A stretch of 64,000 nucleotides of DNA from Octopus sinensis. Taxonomy: Eukaryota. The stretch's first letter is position 1. The number at the start of each line of letters is the position of its first letter. Location: contig NC_043008.1 in NCBI RefSeq assembly GCF_006345805.1, positions 43,028,001-43,092,000 on the forward strand, read 5' to 3'. Under the pieces are notes generated by a model. That model had not been told where the DNA came from, ran no database searches, and worked only from the letters and a program-made list of their open reading frames with translations. A program made the position numbers and the translations under genes. Shown here in pieces: positions 13,605 through 26,470 of this stretch.

Positions 13605-13947
13605 ATATTTTTGCCATAGTCTCTTGTAGAACTGACACAGTTATAACTATACTTCTACATAATTTGATGAGAGAGTGTAGGAAAGAGTAAGAGAGTGGAC
13701 GACCTAGTTTCCCTCTATGTCGATGTTTATACAATGAAGTACGTTCATAAGTGTATTGTTGATGTCAATTACGGTGGAATTAGTTGATGGAGATATCTAT
13801 GATGGCTGCCCTGTTATGGGCCACGTGGTTTATTTCATATATTTCACTGGCGGCCATTATTACGTATGTAACGGTGCCATATCGAACATTTGCTTTTTGT
13901 TCAAACGGCAGACTATAAATGTTAATAATATACCTACATACACACAC

Positions 13948-13980
<33 letters not shown>

Positions 13981-14066
13981 TGTATGTATGTATGTATGTA
14001 TTATGTATGTAGTATGTATGTATGTATGTATAATATGTTGACATAATATACATATACATATACATA

Positions 14067-14097
<31 letters not shown>

Positions 14098-14199
14098 TAT
14101 ATATATATATATATATATATGAATGTATATATATATATATTTATATAGATATAAATGTTGACATGATATATATATATCTGTAAATACAATATGTGACAA

Positions 14200-14300
14200 T
14201 TATTCGGTAGCCATGATAAAACACCGAGCATCGGATATCAGGGTAGAAATCCACGCCGGCATCTCTTCAGTTATCGGGCCATCGAAAAAATGCTATGAAA
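14200..14300 (-). mobile_element. Penelope-like remnant with degenerate hammerhead
   Basis: Minus strand: CTGAAGA, a ~14-bp imperfect stem II (GATGCCGGCGTGGA/TCTACCCTGATATC), then CGATGCTC where GAAACTC is expected. Confidence 0.45.
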
Positions 14301-15662
14301 ATGACCGTTAAAACAAAGGGAAATTACTGTGTGGTTGATCGTTATTAAGACAAAAGAGCTATTAGAGTGACCGCTAAGTAAGGGGAGGGGGAGTAAAGGT
14401 AAGGGAGTAAAAATCTTCATAGTAATCGCGTAAGCGCGCATGTCCATACATACACATGCACGCCCGCACACCCACGTACATGCGCCTATATGTATATACG
14501 TATCCACCCTCTCTTACAACACACATTCAACAAAAAAGATATACCACGCTTGCATACAAACACAAGCGCACAAAAAAGGTTCATACACACGTCTATATAC
14601 GCACATGCACACACACACACACACGCACGCACACACACATATATATATATATGTCTGTATATTTGAGTATATGTGTGCATATGTAGTAACAGAGATAAAC
14701 ACAGGTTTGATATAAATATATTTTCATGGAGCACAAAACGTACCTAAGGAGATAAATTAATATGTATTATCATAACTTGACAGCTGTTTCAGGAAGCCCG
14801 ATGTTACGTAATAATCATAACAATAATATTTTGTAGCTAAAATGTGCAAAAAGTTATGTTATCAGTTACATGAAGACAATACAGTAAGTCCGGCTTCCCT
14901 CATCGAGAGAATATTGGCAAATGCAGTTCATATAGTAGCAGTAATAAAAATAAATGGTTAAAGGGAAGGAGGGAGAAGAACGAGATCAGGGGAGTGGGAA
15001 AGAGGAAGAACTTTGAGACTGTAAGAAGAAAAGAAAAAGGATATAACAAAGGAAAAAGAGAGAAGGGAGAAAGAGAGAAGATAAAGTTAGCTTTATTTAG
15101 TATTTGTATTTTTTGTGCTCCTGTAAATGTATTTATATGAAGCCTAACTCTGTTTATATCCATTTGCCTTGACGTGTGCCTCGCCCTGGATGAAGAATTC
15201 GGAGTTTAAGTTTCAATTCAATGTGTTTTCTGTACTGAGCATACCCAGGCCTCACCTATTGCCTATACACATACATACTACTTATATACATATTTATGTA
15301 TGAACGTATGTATGCATTTGGTCTAAAGTCGTATGACAACCACTGTTATATATATTTTGTTTATTCAGTACTGTTTTCAATTTAGTTTCGTCTCTTGTAT
15401 TCACATCCGTCTTGTGCGTTCACATTCCTGTCTTCTACCAAGAAATCTAATGCTTACAGCTTAGTTTTTTTTCTTGGGGCTGGCCGAGTTGGAGCATATC
15501 AAATTGAACAGCCGAAATTTGCTATGATGATTCGGTGTCTGACTGAAGATATGAAGGCTTCGAATGATTTGTCTGTGTTCCGTGTTCGTCCCTTCCTGTA
15601 TTTCACGTTCATTAATATAAAAAACATTCATTCTTATAGATATATATATAGATATATTATAG

Positions 15663-15713
<51 letters not shown>

Positions 15714-15811
15714 ATATAATATATATACATATTACATACATACACACACACACCACATATATAGTATATATAACCGTATGTATATTAAATGTATGATATA
15801 AATATAAGTGT

Positions 15812-15940
15812 AGCAAAGATATCACAAAAGCTGTTACTCAGATTTTCAGGTTCCCGTTCGTCGGACGACAGTTCTAAACAAAACTGACCAATGAACAGGA
15901 ACGTGAAACTCTGAGTAACAGTTTTTGTGATATTTTCGCT
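15812..15940. mobile_element. Inverted repeat (~60-bp arms), probably an inverted Penelope-like pLTR pair
   Basis: 15812-15873 is an imperfect reverse complement of 15882-15940. Each arm carries a hammerhead-like core with consensus CCGACGA-ACG-GGAA-CGT-GAAAC-TC. Confidence 0.6.
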
Positions 15941-16777
15941 GCGTTTAAATAAAGTATATTACTCTACCTCTCTCTTTTCTATATATCTTTTTGTTGTTGT
16001 AATTTAAACCCTATGAGCAATGGCGTTTCAACCATGATCTTATGAGATTCTGTCCGTATATTAGAGAAACGGGTGTAGTAAATCTGTAAGTGCGTATGTG
16101 TGTGTGTGCTGTGTTTCGTTATTTAAATATTGACACAGGAGAGGATGGGGGGGGTGGTGATACACATTGACACACAAAAGTGGCACAGTTTCCTGTTCTT
16201 TTGTATGAATGTATGAATGCATACAGGTACATGTGTGCATGTATGCAGACACATGTATCTGTATTTAAACTTCTAAGTATGCATGATTGTGGAAATATGA
16301 ACATGTATATAGAAACACACACGCACATACAAGCATTTATATACACATACATGCACCGCGTGTGTGTATATAAATGTGTGTATGTATGTATTTTGAGCGT
16401 GTCTGTGTATGTGTGCAATCATTTACGTATATACGTCTGTATAAATATTAATGTAACAGAGAAGCAAATTTTGATTATTGAGAAATAGCTCGGACAGAGA
16501 AAGAATGCTTTATAGGAATATTGGAATGGCTTCATGGAAGAGTGGAAATTATTATTTATGAGGTTCTGTTATGAAAAGAAGAGAAAATATTAAGGAAACT
16601 TAAGAGAAAAGTATTATTATTTAAAATGGACCGGACAGAAGAAGAGCGACTAATTGAAATGGCTCTGTTGAGGCCGGAGTTTGAGGGTTGATAGAGGAAA
16701 AGTAAGGGGAATCTCTCTGGAAATGAGAGACACGGAAATTTATCAGGGAAAATAATGCTGCATAATACGTAAAAATT

Positions 16778-16828
<51 letters not shown>

Positions 16829-16833
16829 GATGG

Positions 16834-16865
<32 letters not shown>

Positions 16866-16952
16866 ATGATTATGATGATGATGATGATGATGATGATAAT
16901 AATAATAATAATAATAATAATATCATTAATAATAATAATGAAAATAATAATA

Positions 16953-16997
<45 letters not shown>

Positions 16998-17168
16998 CTG
17001 AAGCCATTATTCTAGTTCTTAAGATAACAATGACAACATCTTTTTGTATTGTACTACCGATGTTGTTTAGCTTTAGTTCAATCCTACTTAAAGAGACAGA
17101 GCCTCGCATCAAATGCTTTCCATCTCTGACCACCCCGTGGTATATTTTAAACACACTCTAATTTAGGG

Positions 17169-17470
17169 CAGTGGTTCACAACCTGTAGTCTGCGGACCCC
17201 TGGTGGTCCTCAAAGGTAGCACTGGGGGACCGTGAAATAAATTCAAATTTCACACTGCCCTGGTGCTGTACCAGGCAATGGCCCTCGTGTCTTCTGATCT
17301 TAACTGATTGGAAGTGTTATCATATACATTGTTTTGTCTTGGTATAAAATATGGGCTACAGCAAATATTCTGCTCAACACCACACATAAGGATAAACACT
17401 TTAAAAGGGGTCTGTGCGAAAACTCATTTATATAAAGGGGTTCTTGGTAACGAAAAGGTTGGGAACCAGC
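17169..17470. mobile_element. hAT-type MITE with a nested fragment
   Basis: Ends CAGTGGTTCACAACCT and AGGTTGGGAACCAGC (Charlie/MER5-like TIRs); subterminal GGACCCC/GGGGTC motifs. Confidence 0.7.
17256..17384 (+). mobile_element. Terminal fragment of the 560-bp (ATT)n-associated element, nested in the MITE
   Basis: Reverse-complement match to about 33729-33857 (TGCCCTG...CTTCTGATCTTAACTGATTGGAAGTG...GCTCAACACCACA). Confidence 0.85.
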
Positions 17471-17622
17471 AAACTATGACATTATCTAAACCAGACAGCA
17501 AGTTACTATTCGAGGCAGATCTGGATGCTATTCTAGCATTTTCAATGACATCAAGGTGGCTCCTTTGCCGGTGTATGACGTAAAGCCTTGAACTGCGTAG
17601 CAACTAGTTACATATTTCAATT

Positions 17623-17748
17623 AATTATAACTAATTAGTTTGAGAACTCACGTTGTGGCCTTTGAATTCGGGGTTTAAATATGTTGGAATAATTATGACT
17701 AATTACTTTGTGAACTCACGTCTTGTGCCTTTAAGTAGGGGATTTAAT
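17623..17748. repeat. Degenerate two-copy tandem repeat, period ~68 bp
   Basis: AATTATAACTAATTAGTTTGAGAACTCACGT... vs AATTATGACTAATTACTTTGTGAACTCACGT... Confidence 0.7.
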
Positions 17749-18002
17749 AATTAATGGGAATAGTATTGAGATGACATGTAACAAGGATATTTAGAAAGAG
17801 GGGGGAGGACAGTGAAGGGGAGTGGGAGAAGAAAAAAGACAGAAAGAGAGAGAAGGAGGGAGGGAGAGAAAAAGAGAAATTAGCAAACTGAGTGACAAAC
17901 GGCAGAGTCAGGTAGAGATGAGACAAAGCGATGTACACACGCACAAACACACAGACATATTCCCGCAAAAATACACAGTTGGTGTTAATATATACAAATA
18001 TA

Positions 18003-18422
18003 TATTTTTTTATTGCCCACAAGGGGCTAAACATAGAGAGGACAAACAAGGACAGACAAAGAGATTAAGTCGATTAGATCGACCCCAGTGCATAACTGGT
18101 ACTTATTTAATCGACCCCGAAAGGATGAAAGGCAAAGTCGACCTCGGTGGAATTTGAACTCGGAACGTAACGATAGACGAAATACCTATTTCTATTTCTT
18201 TACTACCCACAAGGGGCTAAACATAGAGGGGACAAACAAGGACAGACAAAGGGATTAAGTCGATTAGATCGACCCAGTGCATAACTGGTACTTATTTAAT
18301 CGACCCTGAAAGGATGAAAGGCAAAGTCGACCTCGGCGGAATTTGAACTCAGAACGTAACGGCAAACGAAATACCGCTAAGCATTTCGCCCGGGGCGCTA
18401 ACGTTTCTGCCAGCTCGCCGCC
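18003..18422 (-). mobile_element. Meta-like SINE head-to-tail dimer, tail type A, complete 5' head
   Basis: Two units with the same junction as at 6294; head GGCGGCGAGCTGGCAGAAACGTTAGC; ~19-bp TSD with 2 mismatches (17984-18002 and 18423-18441). Confidence 0.9.
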
Positions 18423-18779
18423 GTTGCTATATACAAATATACGTATGTACATGCATACAGATATAATGAATGAATGGGTAATGGGGAGAGACATGTGTAG
18501 GAGAAAGACAGGCCGAACACTTGAACTATTTCTGGGTAAATTGACTGACAAATAGACGGACAGAGCGGAAGACAGAACGAGGCTCTCAGTCGAAAAGACA
18601 AAGAAACTGTGGGAAGCTGTTGGATAGTTTGACGTATATTTCTTCAATCGGTTGGAAATTTCATTAAATGATTATTTTATTTAATCTGGTTGGTTTGTTG
18701 GTTAATTAATGGATAATTTAGAATTTCACTAATTGGGATTACACGTTATTTCTGAGAATTACCACTCTTATTCAGATAG

Positions 18780-19469
18780 TGACATGGGTGTTTCGATTGT
18801 AATTTGGTTTCTTCAAGGGTTGGGGTAGAATAGTGGCGTGTGGGGTGGATTGGTATGGTCGTTTCTGGATTTGTGCAGTGGAACGGGTGGGGTGGGGGTT
18901 GTGTCTTTAGTCTACAGAAATCTAGTGAAGCCAGCGATAGGGAAGGAGTTAACAACGGCCAGTTGCAAATCGATTGGAACAGGTAAAAATGTGTGCAGAC
19001 AAGGAGACGATGTTAGAGAGAAGGACCGATGCAGCGGATAGTGTGAAGGAAGCTTACGGCAGGTGGATTCAGAATGGATGGAGAGAAGAGAGACTTCAGA
19101 GATGAGAAAGTTTAAATGAAGATGACCCTAGGTGAGTCAGCTTTGATAGCGAAAGGCTCGTGAAGTAGGGGTCGAAGAGAAAGTCAGAATGAAACGAAGG
19201 GACAGAGAGCCCTAGTTTAGAGCCTGTTAATGACATGTCAATCAGTCGAAAGGTTCCTTTTTGGATATGGGTTAGAATGCTTGCGTGTGCCTAACAGCAT
19301 CATTATTCCACACGTGCGAGCGATATTCCATAAAAATTTATACAGACTTAACTGAGCTTTATAGAGAGTCGGACGTTGTGGACGGTTGAAATATTTTCCG
19401 GATCTGAAGAGGAAGAGTTAGGATTTGTGGTAGAGTTCTTACTCTGTGCAGAGGATTTTTATGCTTACC

Positions 19470-19536
<67 letters not shown>

Positions 19537-20080
19537 ACAATACTGATGAGGTGAAGCACTTGTAATGGTGTTGACTCTTCTAACTGCGTTGGGCCCGGGT
19601 TTTGAGGAAGAGAGAGGTACTGTTTACTTTGAGTTTCCTGTTCTCGGAGTCGGTGTAGATTTGGATGTGAAGCCTTTAAGTCACGTGGGTTACAGCGCAT
19701 GAGTGCGGAACGCAAGGTAGAAGTGAAGGGTGGTGAGGCATGTCCTGAGTAATAGTTGGCGTTGTTGGAGACGACAGGAAGTTGGAAGAAAAGTAGGAAG
19801 ACAGAGCCCAAAGCTTGAGTGCTCAGGAGTTGAGAGAACGTGAGTCAGCATGCGCACGTACCTCATTGATATACTCTGACAGGGAGATATAGTCAAAGAG
19901 CTGAAAGATGGATGGGAACCAGAAGTTGATAAATTTGGTAGAACACTCGCCAGACAGAAGTGAAAGCCATAAAGTATAAAAGGTACAGAGATCAACATTA
20001 TATACGTCAAATATCTCGAGGCGTAGAAAACTGGATGGTGCGGTATTTAAGCCTTTATCAAATGCATTAACATCGTGTGT
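18780..20080 (-). mobile_element. Decayed CR1/L2/Jockey-group LINE ORF2 (RT and C-terminal region)
   Basis: Minus-strand fragments AFDK, GSVFLLFF, TTLHF, FLFRSGKYFNRPQRPTLYKAQL and MEYRSHVW, with frameshifts; interrupted by (GA)n near 19470-19532. Confidence 0.75.
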
Positions 20081-20589
20081 AGAGTTTGAATTAACTGAGA
20101 TTAGGAAGTGAGTAGGATATCGATCTTAATTCCTTTGATTATACTAATGAATGATTACAATTAATCACCGGAAAGTAATTATAATTAACCACAGGTGAGT
20201 AATTATTTAAACGCAGGGGTGGGGGTATTCCGTTGGATCCAATACAGTAAAGTATCGATCCTTTATCGATTTTAAAACAATAACTGTTCACATGTGATGC
20301 CAGGTAGATTTGAACGCGGAGAAGTGAAGAGTAAAAAAATATAAAAGAATATAAAAACGGACATTCTTGAGCAAAATACTTCATCGCTTCCTTCCCCCAC
20401 TTCGCCTCCCCCGACACCTCAAATATTACTCATCCTAATATTTGTGTATCAGCTTCACAGATGAACAAAGTCAACAAGTTCTTAGTTAATAATTTAGACA
20501 ATATCCTTGAATCAATATTATACAATATGATAACTACATAATAACACTTAACTAACGTATAATATATTAGATATTATGTTAGACGACTA

Positions 20590-20603
20590 CTGCCACCTAG
20601 TGA
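20590..20603 (-). promoter_or_regulatory. Candidate CTCF-binding motif
   Basis: TCACTAGGTGGCAG is one mismatch from consensus CCASYAGRKGGCRS and lies in non-repetitive sequence. Motif match only. Confidence 0.35.
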
Positions 20604-21196
20604 GTAAACAGTGTAGTATTTTATGGTGATTTCCTCATAGTTTGTCTTTTTCATCTCGTTTTTGCATTTACTGATGTTGACGTGGTTCGATCGTTTGATC
20701 TCTTCATTTGTGTACACAAAGATCACAGCGACAATAAAACTGAAATACTCTGTTGTTTGTTTTTCTCTTTGCTCTTGTTTATTTGATTTTTTTTTTAATA
20801 TTAAGTTTTTATTCAAATATTCTCATAATTAAAGAAAAATATTAACGTCTATCTCTCGTTTTAGCGAGTCTGAGTTTTATAAGAATACACACACACACAC
20901 ACACACACCACACACACACACACAGGTGCCCGCGTTTGTGTGTGTGTGTTTGTGTGAGCTGTACATGCAATTTAATTAAAAAGTTTGAAACTCATGAACA
21001 TCGGCAGGTATTCATGCATACCTGCATCCGTCAATATCAGTAAATATACAAATGAGTATATGTAAATGTGTGTATATATACACACGTGCATATATATACA
21101 TATGTGCATTTATATCTATATCTATATCTATATCTATCTATCTATCTATTTATCTATCTAAGATATTTATATCTATATCTATCTATCAATCTATCA

Positions 21197-21250
<54 letters not shown>

Positions 21251-21938
21251 ATATATATATAAATATATATATATATGAATGTATATATATATATAGTTTT
21301 ATATACACATGCATTAATATATGTATGTATATGACAGTTTAAATTTTTTATGATACGTCAGATTAGCAGCTAACTTGAAGAAATATCTAAAAGATATATA
21401 CAAATCTGTCTATCTGTCTGTCTGTCTGTCTCTCTCTCTCTCCCTCTTTCTCTCTCACTCTCTGTCTCTCTCTATATATAAACACATATATGTGAAAGTA
21501 AGTGTATATGTAGACAGGAGGAACTATAATAAGTAATAAGATCGTGGACCAATATAATTGTTCAATACGATCCAATGGCCAAATATTTGATATGCACTAA
21601 AGTACATGGACTTGGGAGAAATCAATACCGGATCGATATCCAAGTAAACAACACACACACACTCATAGCAACACAATATCAACAACAAGAAGAGCAACAA
21701 CAGCAACAACAACAACAATTACAAGAAGAACAGCAGATACGGAACAACGAAGAAACAGTGGAGCAATATTCTAACAAAGATGGCAAAACAAAGAAAGAAA
21801 GAGTGTTGTGAATACAAAAGATGTTTAAGTTGGGGATGAGCTCAGCCGGAAGGACAGGAATTCAATAAAGCGATGTTAACTAATACGTAAACACACACAC
21901 ACACTCACACACACGCTCACATACACACACACACACAC

Positions 21939-21971
<33 letters not shown>

Positions 21972-22041
21972 CACACACACACAAACACACCACACACAAA
22001 CTCACACATCCTTACACTTATATATTATTGCGGAAGAAGCA

Positions 22042-22082
<41 letters not shown>

Positions 22083-23384
22083 TGCATAGATACTTATGCA
22101 CGTACGTATATATATGTATGTGTGCATACATTAATATATGGATATGTACAGATATACGTATGTATATGCATGCGTATATATATGTATGTGTGTGAGTATG
22201 CCCATGTTTATGTGTGCATATGCATACACATATACATATATATCTGTGCATACATATTCATAAGACATATGTACCATATATATGTATATGTACATGTATA
22301 TGTATATATATATATATGTACATATGTATGTATTATATATGCGTATATCTATACATATATATATATATACTCAGACACACACACATATATATATACAATC
22401 ATACGTACATAAATATATGCATATATATATATATGTGTGTGCATGGGTAATAGGGAAGGCGCTAATAAGTGCTGATGAGAATTTGTTATCTGTATACGTA
22501 AGTGTTCTAACGTAACATTACATGTTCCTGATGAAAAGACGAACGGAGCTAAAAGATATTGAGAATGAAAAAAACGTTTGTTCTGTTGGCGAGTTTTCTG
22601 TTGAACCAATTCGATATATTATGAGATCTTTGCTTCCGGTGTCGTCAGCATTTCCGCCACTGGTGCTTTATCATGGAAGAAATAAGAGATCCGATCGAAA
22701 CAACTGTCTTATCTCTGTGATTTATAATAAAATAAGATCTATATATAGTTTACAAAGGAAGTATTGACAATATCTTCACACGAAATAGAACTTTATGTAG
22801 ATTTTTACATCAGTATTGTAACATGAAAACATGGAAGGCGCATCATAAAAAAGGAGTATGGAAGTGGTCATCCGACCTGCTAGAAATAAGACCCTAATTT
22901 CTCTGAACTCATACTCTTCCATTTTAAACGGAAAAACACAAAAGATGATATATCCGAACACAGCCCAGTTCCTGAAATATATTACTAGGAATATATTTGG
23001 TGATAACTCCTGACATAGAGCAGACAACAATAGCAACATCGATAATAAAAAATTAATCTCAATGTAAGTGGACAATGGTAATCTCCATGTATGTATTAGT
23101 ATCGATAAAGTATCAATACACTTGTGTAATTTGTTGAGAAGTGTTGTGAACTGAAATAGCAACCCTGACAGTTGTGATAGCACCTAGTGTCACATCTTAT
23201 TATTGCTGATAGCAACACTGGTTGTTTCTGCTGCTTCCGTCTGTGAACCGTTCCTCACTTGAAGTAGCTGAGTCAAAGAATAAAAATGTACGGACTGGGT
23301 CGAGCTGCTAGAATTAGCAACAAAAAAACCCCTTAAAATTATACCTCCCCAACATAAGAATTGAATGACACATTCGGTAATATT

Positions 23385-23944
23385 CTTTTCTACTCTAGAT
23401 ACAAGGCCTGAAATTTTTGGGGAGGGGGCAGTCGATTAGATCGACCCCCAGTACGTAACTGGTACTTAATTTATCGACTCCGAAAGGATGAAAGGCAAAG
23501 TTGACATCGGCGGAATTTGAACTCAGAACGTAGCGGCAGACGAAATACCTATTTCTATACTACCCACAAGGGGCCAAACACAGATAGGACAAACAAGGAC
23601 AGATAACGGATTAAGTCGATTATATATCGACCCCAGTGCGTAACTGGTACTTATTTAATCGACCCCGAAAGGATGAAAGGCAAAGTCGACCTCGGCGGAA
23701 TTTGAACTCAGAACGTAGCGGCAGACGAAATACCTATTTCTATACTACCCACAAGGGGCCAAACACAGATAGGACAAACAAGGACAGATAACGGATTAAG
23801 TCGATTATATATCGACCCCAGTGCGTAACTGGTACTTATTTAATCGACCCCGAAAGGATGAAAGGCAAAGTCGACCTCGGCGGAATTTGAACTCAGAACG
23901 TAGCGGCAGACGAAATACCGATAAGCATTTTGCCAAGCGTGCTA
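23385..23944 (-). mobile_element. Meta-like SINE trimer (two identical tail-A units plus one tail-B unit)
   Basis: Units starting at 23550 and 23735 are identical (period 185); the distal unit has tail B; 15-bp TSD ACATT(C/G)GGTAATATT at 23370-23384 and 23945-23959. Confidence 0.9.
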
Positions 23945-24064
23945 ACATTGGGTAATATTGTCAACTATCTGAAATAATGTGTGATGGCCGTGGTTGGGAT
24001 GCTTAAAATGTCACGAAACCGCGATAGTATTTAGGCTAACGGGTTCATGTACTGACTTAGTGGA

Positions 24065-24346
24065 AGACAACGTATGAGCGTTCAGCCTTTTTGCCGAATG
24101 ACCTACACAAAGGATTCGTTTATAGGGATCAAATGTATGTGCCGCACATGTAATCCCTCCCTCGCTCAAAGCGTCGTTGCCTGAACCGGTAAACGGTGAA
24201 CCACGCGCGATGGGCCGAAGTGATCGCAGAACAACATGAAATTAAGTGTTTTGCTCAAGAGCACAACGAACCATTCGGTTTAGGAATTGAAACCACGAAC
24301 GCTAGATCGTGAGTTCAACACACTAATCACTAGGCCATGCGTCCTT
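24065..24346 (-). mobile_element. Degenerate tRNA-derived SINE
   Basis: Minus-strand head TGGCCTAGTGATTAG...GGTTTCAATTCC plus a CTCTTGAGCAAAACAC block; 3' boundary approximate. Confidence 0.6.
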
Positions 24347-24861
24347 ATGAGAGATATATATCTGCTATTTCAAGCAGTTTGATCGTGCAGGAAGAGGCTT
24401 CATTGCTGTCTCGATCGAGCGAGCTTGTCATTGACTGACAAAGGAATGAAGATGGTAGGCGTCTCTCTTCGCCCTTCATCACACCCTAGATCTCCCTCTC
24501 ACTCCCTTTCTGTCTCTGTCTCTGTCTATCTGTCTGTTTGTCTGTCCGTCGGTCTCCTTCTAGATTCACTTATAGAACTCACACTTCAACAGTGCCATGA
24601 TTTCCATTGTAACAGTGATTATTGAATTGACATTGCTTTCGTCTCGTTGCATTGATGTGTGAAACTCTGGCTTTGCATCTCAAAACAAATCAATTTGGCA
24701 GCGTTAATACCGATTAACTGACTAAAACAAACCAACTTGCTTATTGGATTAAATCTGTTACAGATCACTTGTGTAGCGCTGCGTCTAAATATATATATAT
24801 ATATATATATATACATACATACATACATATATATATAATATATATATATATATATACATAT

Positions 24862-24917
<56 letters not shown>

Positions 24918-25603
24918 TATATATATATAACATATACATATATATATATATGTATATAAATAAATATATATATATGCATACATGCGCACATACATGTTCA
25001 TTGCGTGTGCATATATATGTGTGTTTGTGTGTGTCGGTGTAGGTGAGTGTGTAACATACTCAAGTGCGTAAACACAGTCTCCCTCACACACACAAACTCT
25101 CTCTCTCTCTCTCACACACACTAAATATAGTTGTGTATATAAAATTATTGTATATAGCAGCTTATAAACGTTTCTTTTATTGCTAATGCTTTGTTTTTCC
25201 TGTTTAGTGCTTTGTCGCTGTTGTTGTTAATTAAACACACACGCACACACACACACACACATACACACACACACACACACATATATGAGTGTAACGAAGT
25301 AAAGGCATGCTTAACGTATTTATGGAATGCTGGGAATGTTGGGTGTATCAGTTGCGATATTAAACTAAACCTGTTGATCCAATTGATTTCAGAGGTATTT
25401 TCTCTATATTTAATTGATTTATGATACATTTCCTGCCCACTCAACGAGTTATGCTAAAGTTTTGTTTAATATGAGTCAGTCTGAGTTAGAGGTCTGCAGA
25501 TACTCTCGGACCAGAGATTTGCTGATGTCCATTTATAACGACATGTTGTACATATACTAGACAAAGGCGACCGCTGTTTAAACTATTATTATTATTATTA
25601 TTA

Positions 25604-25673
<70 letters not shown>

Positions 25674-25680
25674 ATTATTA

Positions 25681-26025
25681 GTTCGCCTGCTGTTGTCGAC
25701 GATGACCAAGGACATCACATAGGAGGTGACGGATCATGGTGTGTCTGGTTGTGGCCAACCAGTCCAATGTGTCTCTCTGAAGGCTCTGATGTAGGTCTAG
25801 CACCGGTGGTCTGTTGGAACCGGAAGCAAGGGCGTTGGCTCTGGACTTGCGCAGTTCATGCATTCTATGTGCCCCTGAAATCCTGTTCTGTTCGTAGGAA
25901 GTAACAACTCTGTCGATACAGATTCACCCAACAGGGTGGCCTTGTTTTTGTGTTTCCCAGGTATCAAGGTTGATCTCAAAGCTCCTCAGTGAGATTTCGA
26001 GTGTGTCCTTGAAACGCTTTTTCTT
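25681..26025 (-). mobile_element. 5'-truncated RTE-clade LINE 3' end with (TAA)n tail
   Basis: Translates KKRFKDTLEISLRSFEINLDTWET...SYEQNRI...ELRKSRANA, typical of the RTE/BovB-like C-terminus; tail (ATT)n at about 25584-25680. Confidence 0.85.
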
Positions 26026-26470
26026 ATTTCGTTAAATAAGGACGAAAAAAGGGCAGAAAAAAAGGAGTGGTAGGGAGTCATGGGTTTGAATTCCAGGGAT
26101 ATTTCTAGAATGTTCGTGACGATTTCATCGTCTCGTTTTATTTGGCTTCATACTGAATGTGAACACTGACTAACAAAACAATAAACCTGTATCTCGACCG
26201 AATTCTCTCCCTGAGTCTTTAATCCGGATACAATACACACATATAGCATATATTTATGTGATGAAGATCTGCCTCTCATCCACAGTTCCGTGATGAGCCA
26301 GATTTCATCATTTCTCACAAATACTTGCGTGTTACATTAGATTTCAGCAAGCACCAACTAAAATATGCGAAGCTAAATTTCACTTCTCACCACGTCAAAT
26401 AATATTTAATCGTTTACCAATAAGATTTTCATTATTCTTATCGTATTTCACAACAGAGAACCCCCTGGTG

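Noticed and set aside
21640-21790. Poly-Q coding exon
   Set aside because: A (CAA/CAG)n low-complexity tract without splice context or other support.
6294-23944. Tandem 185-bp SINE units as a retrozyme array or CRISPR-like array
   Set aside because: I found no CUGANGA/GAAA core in the unit on either strand and no unique spacers; the units have pol III boxes and TSDs typical of SINEs.
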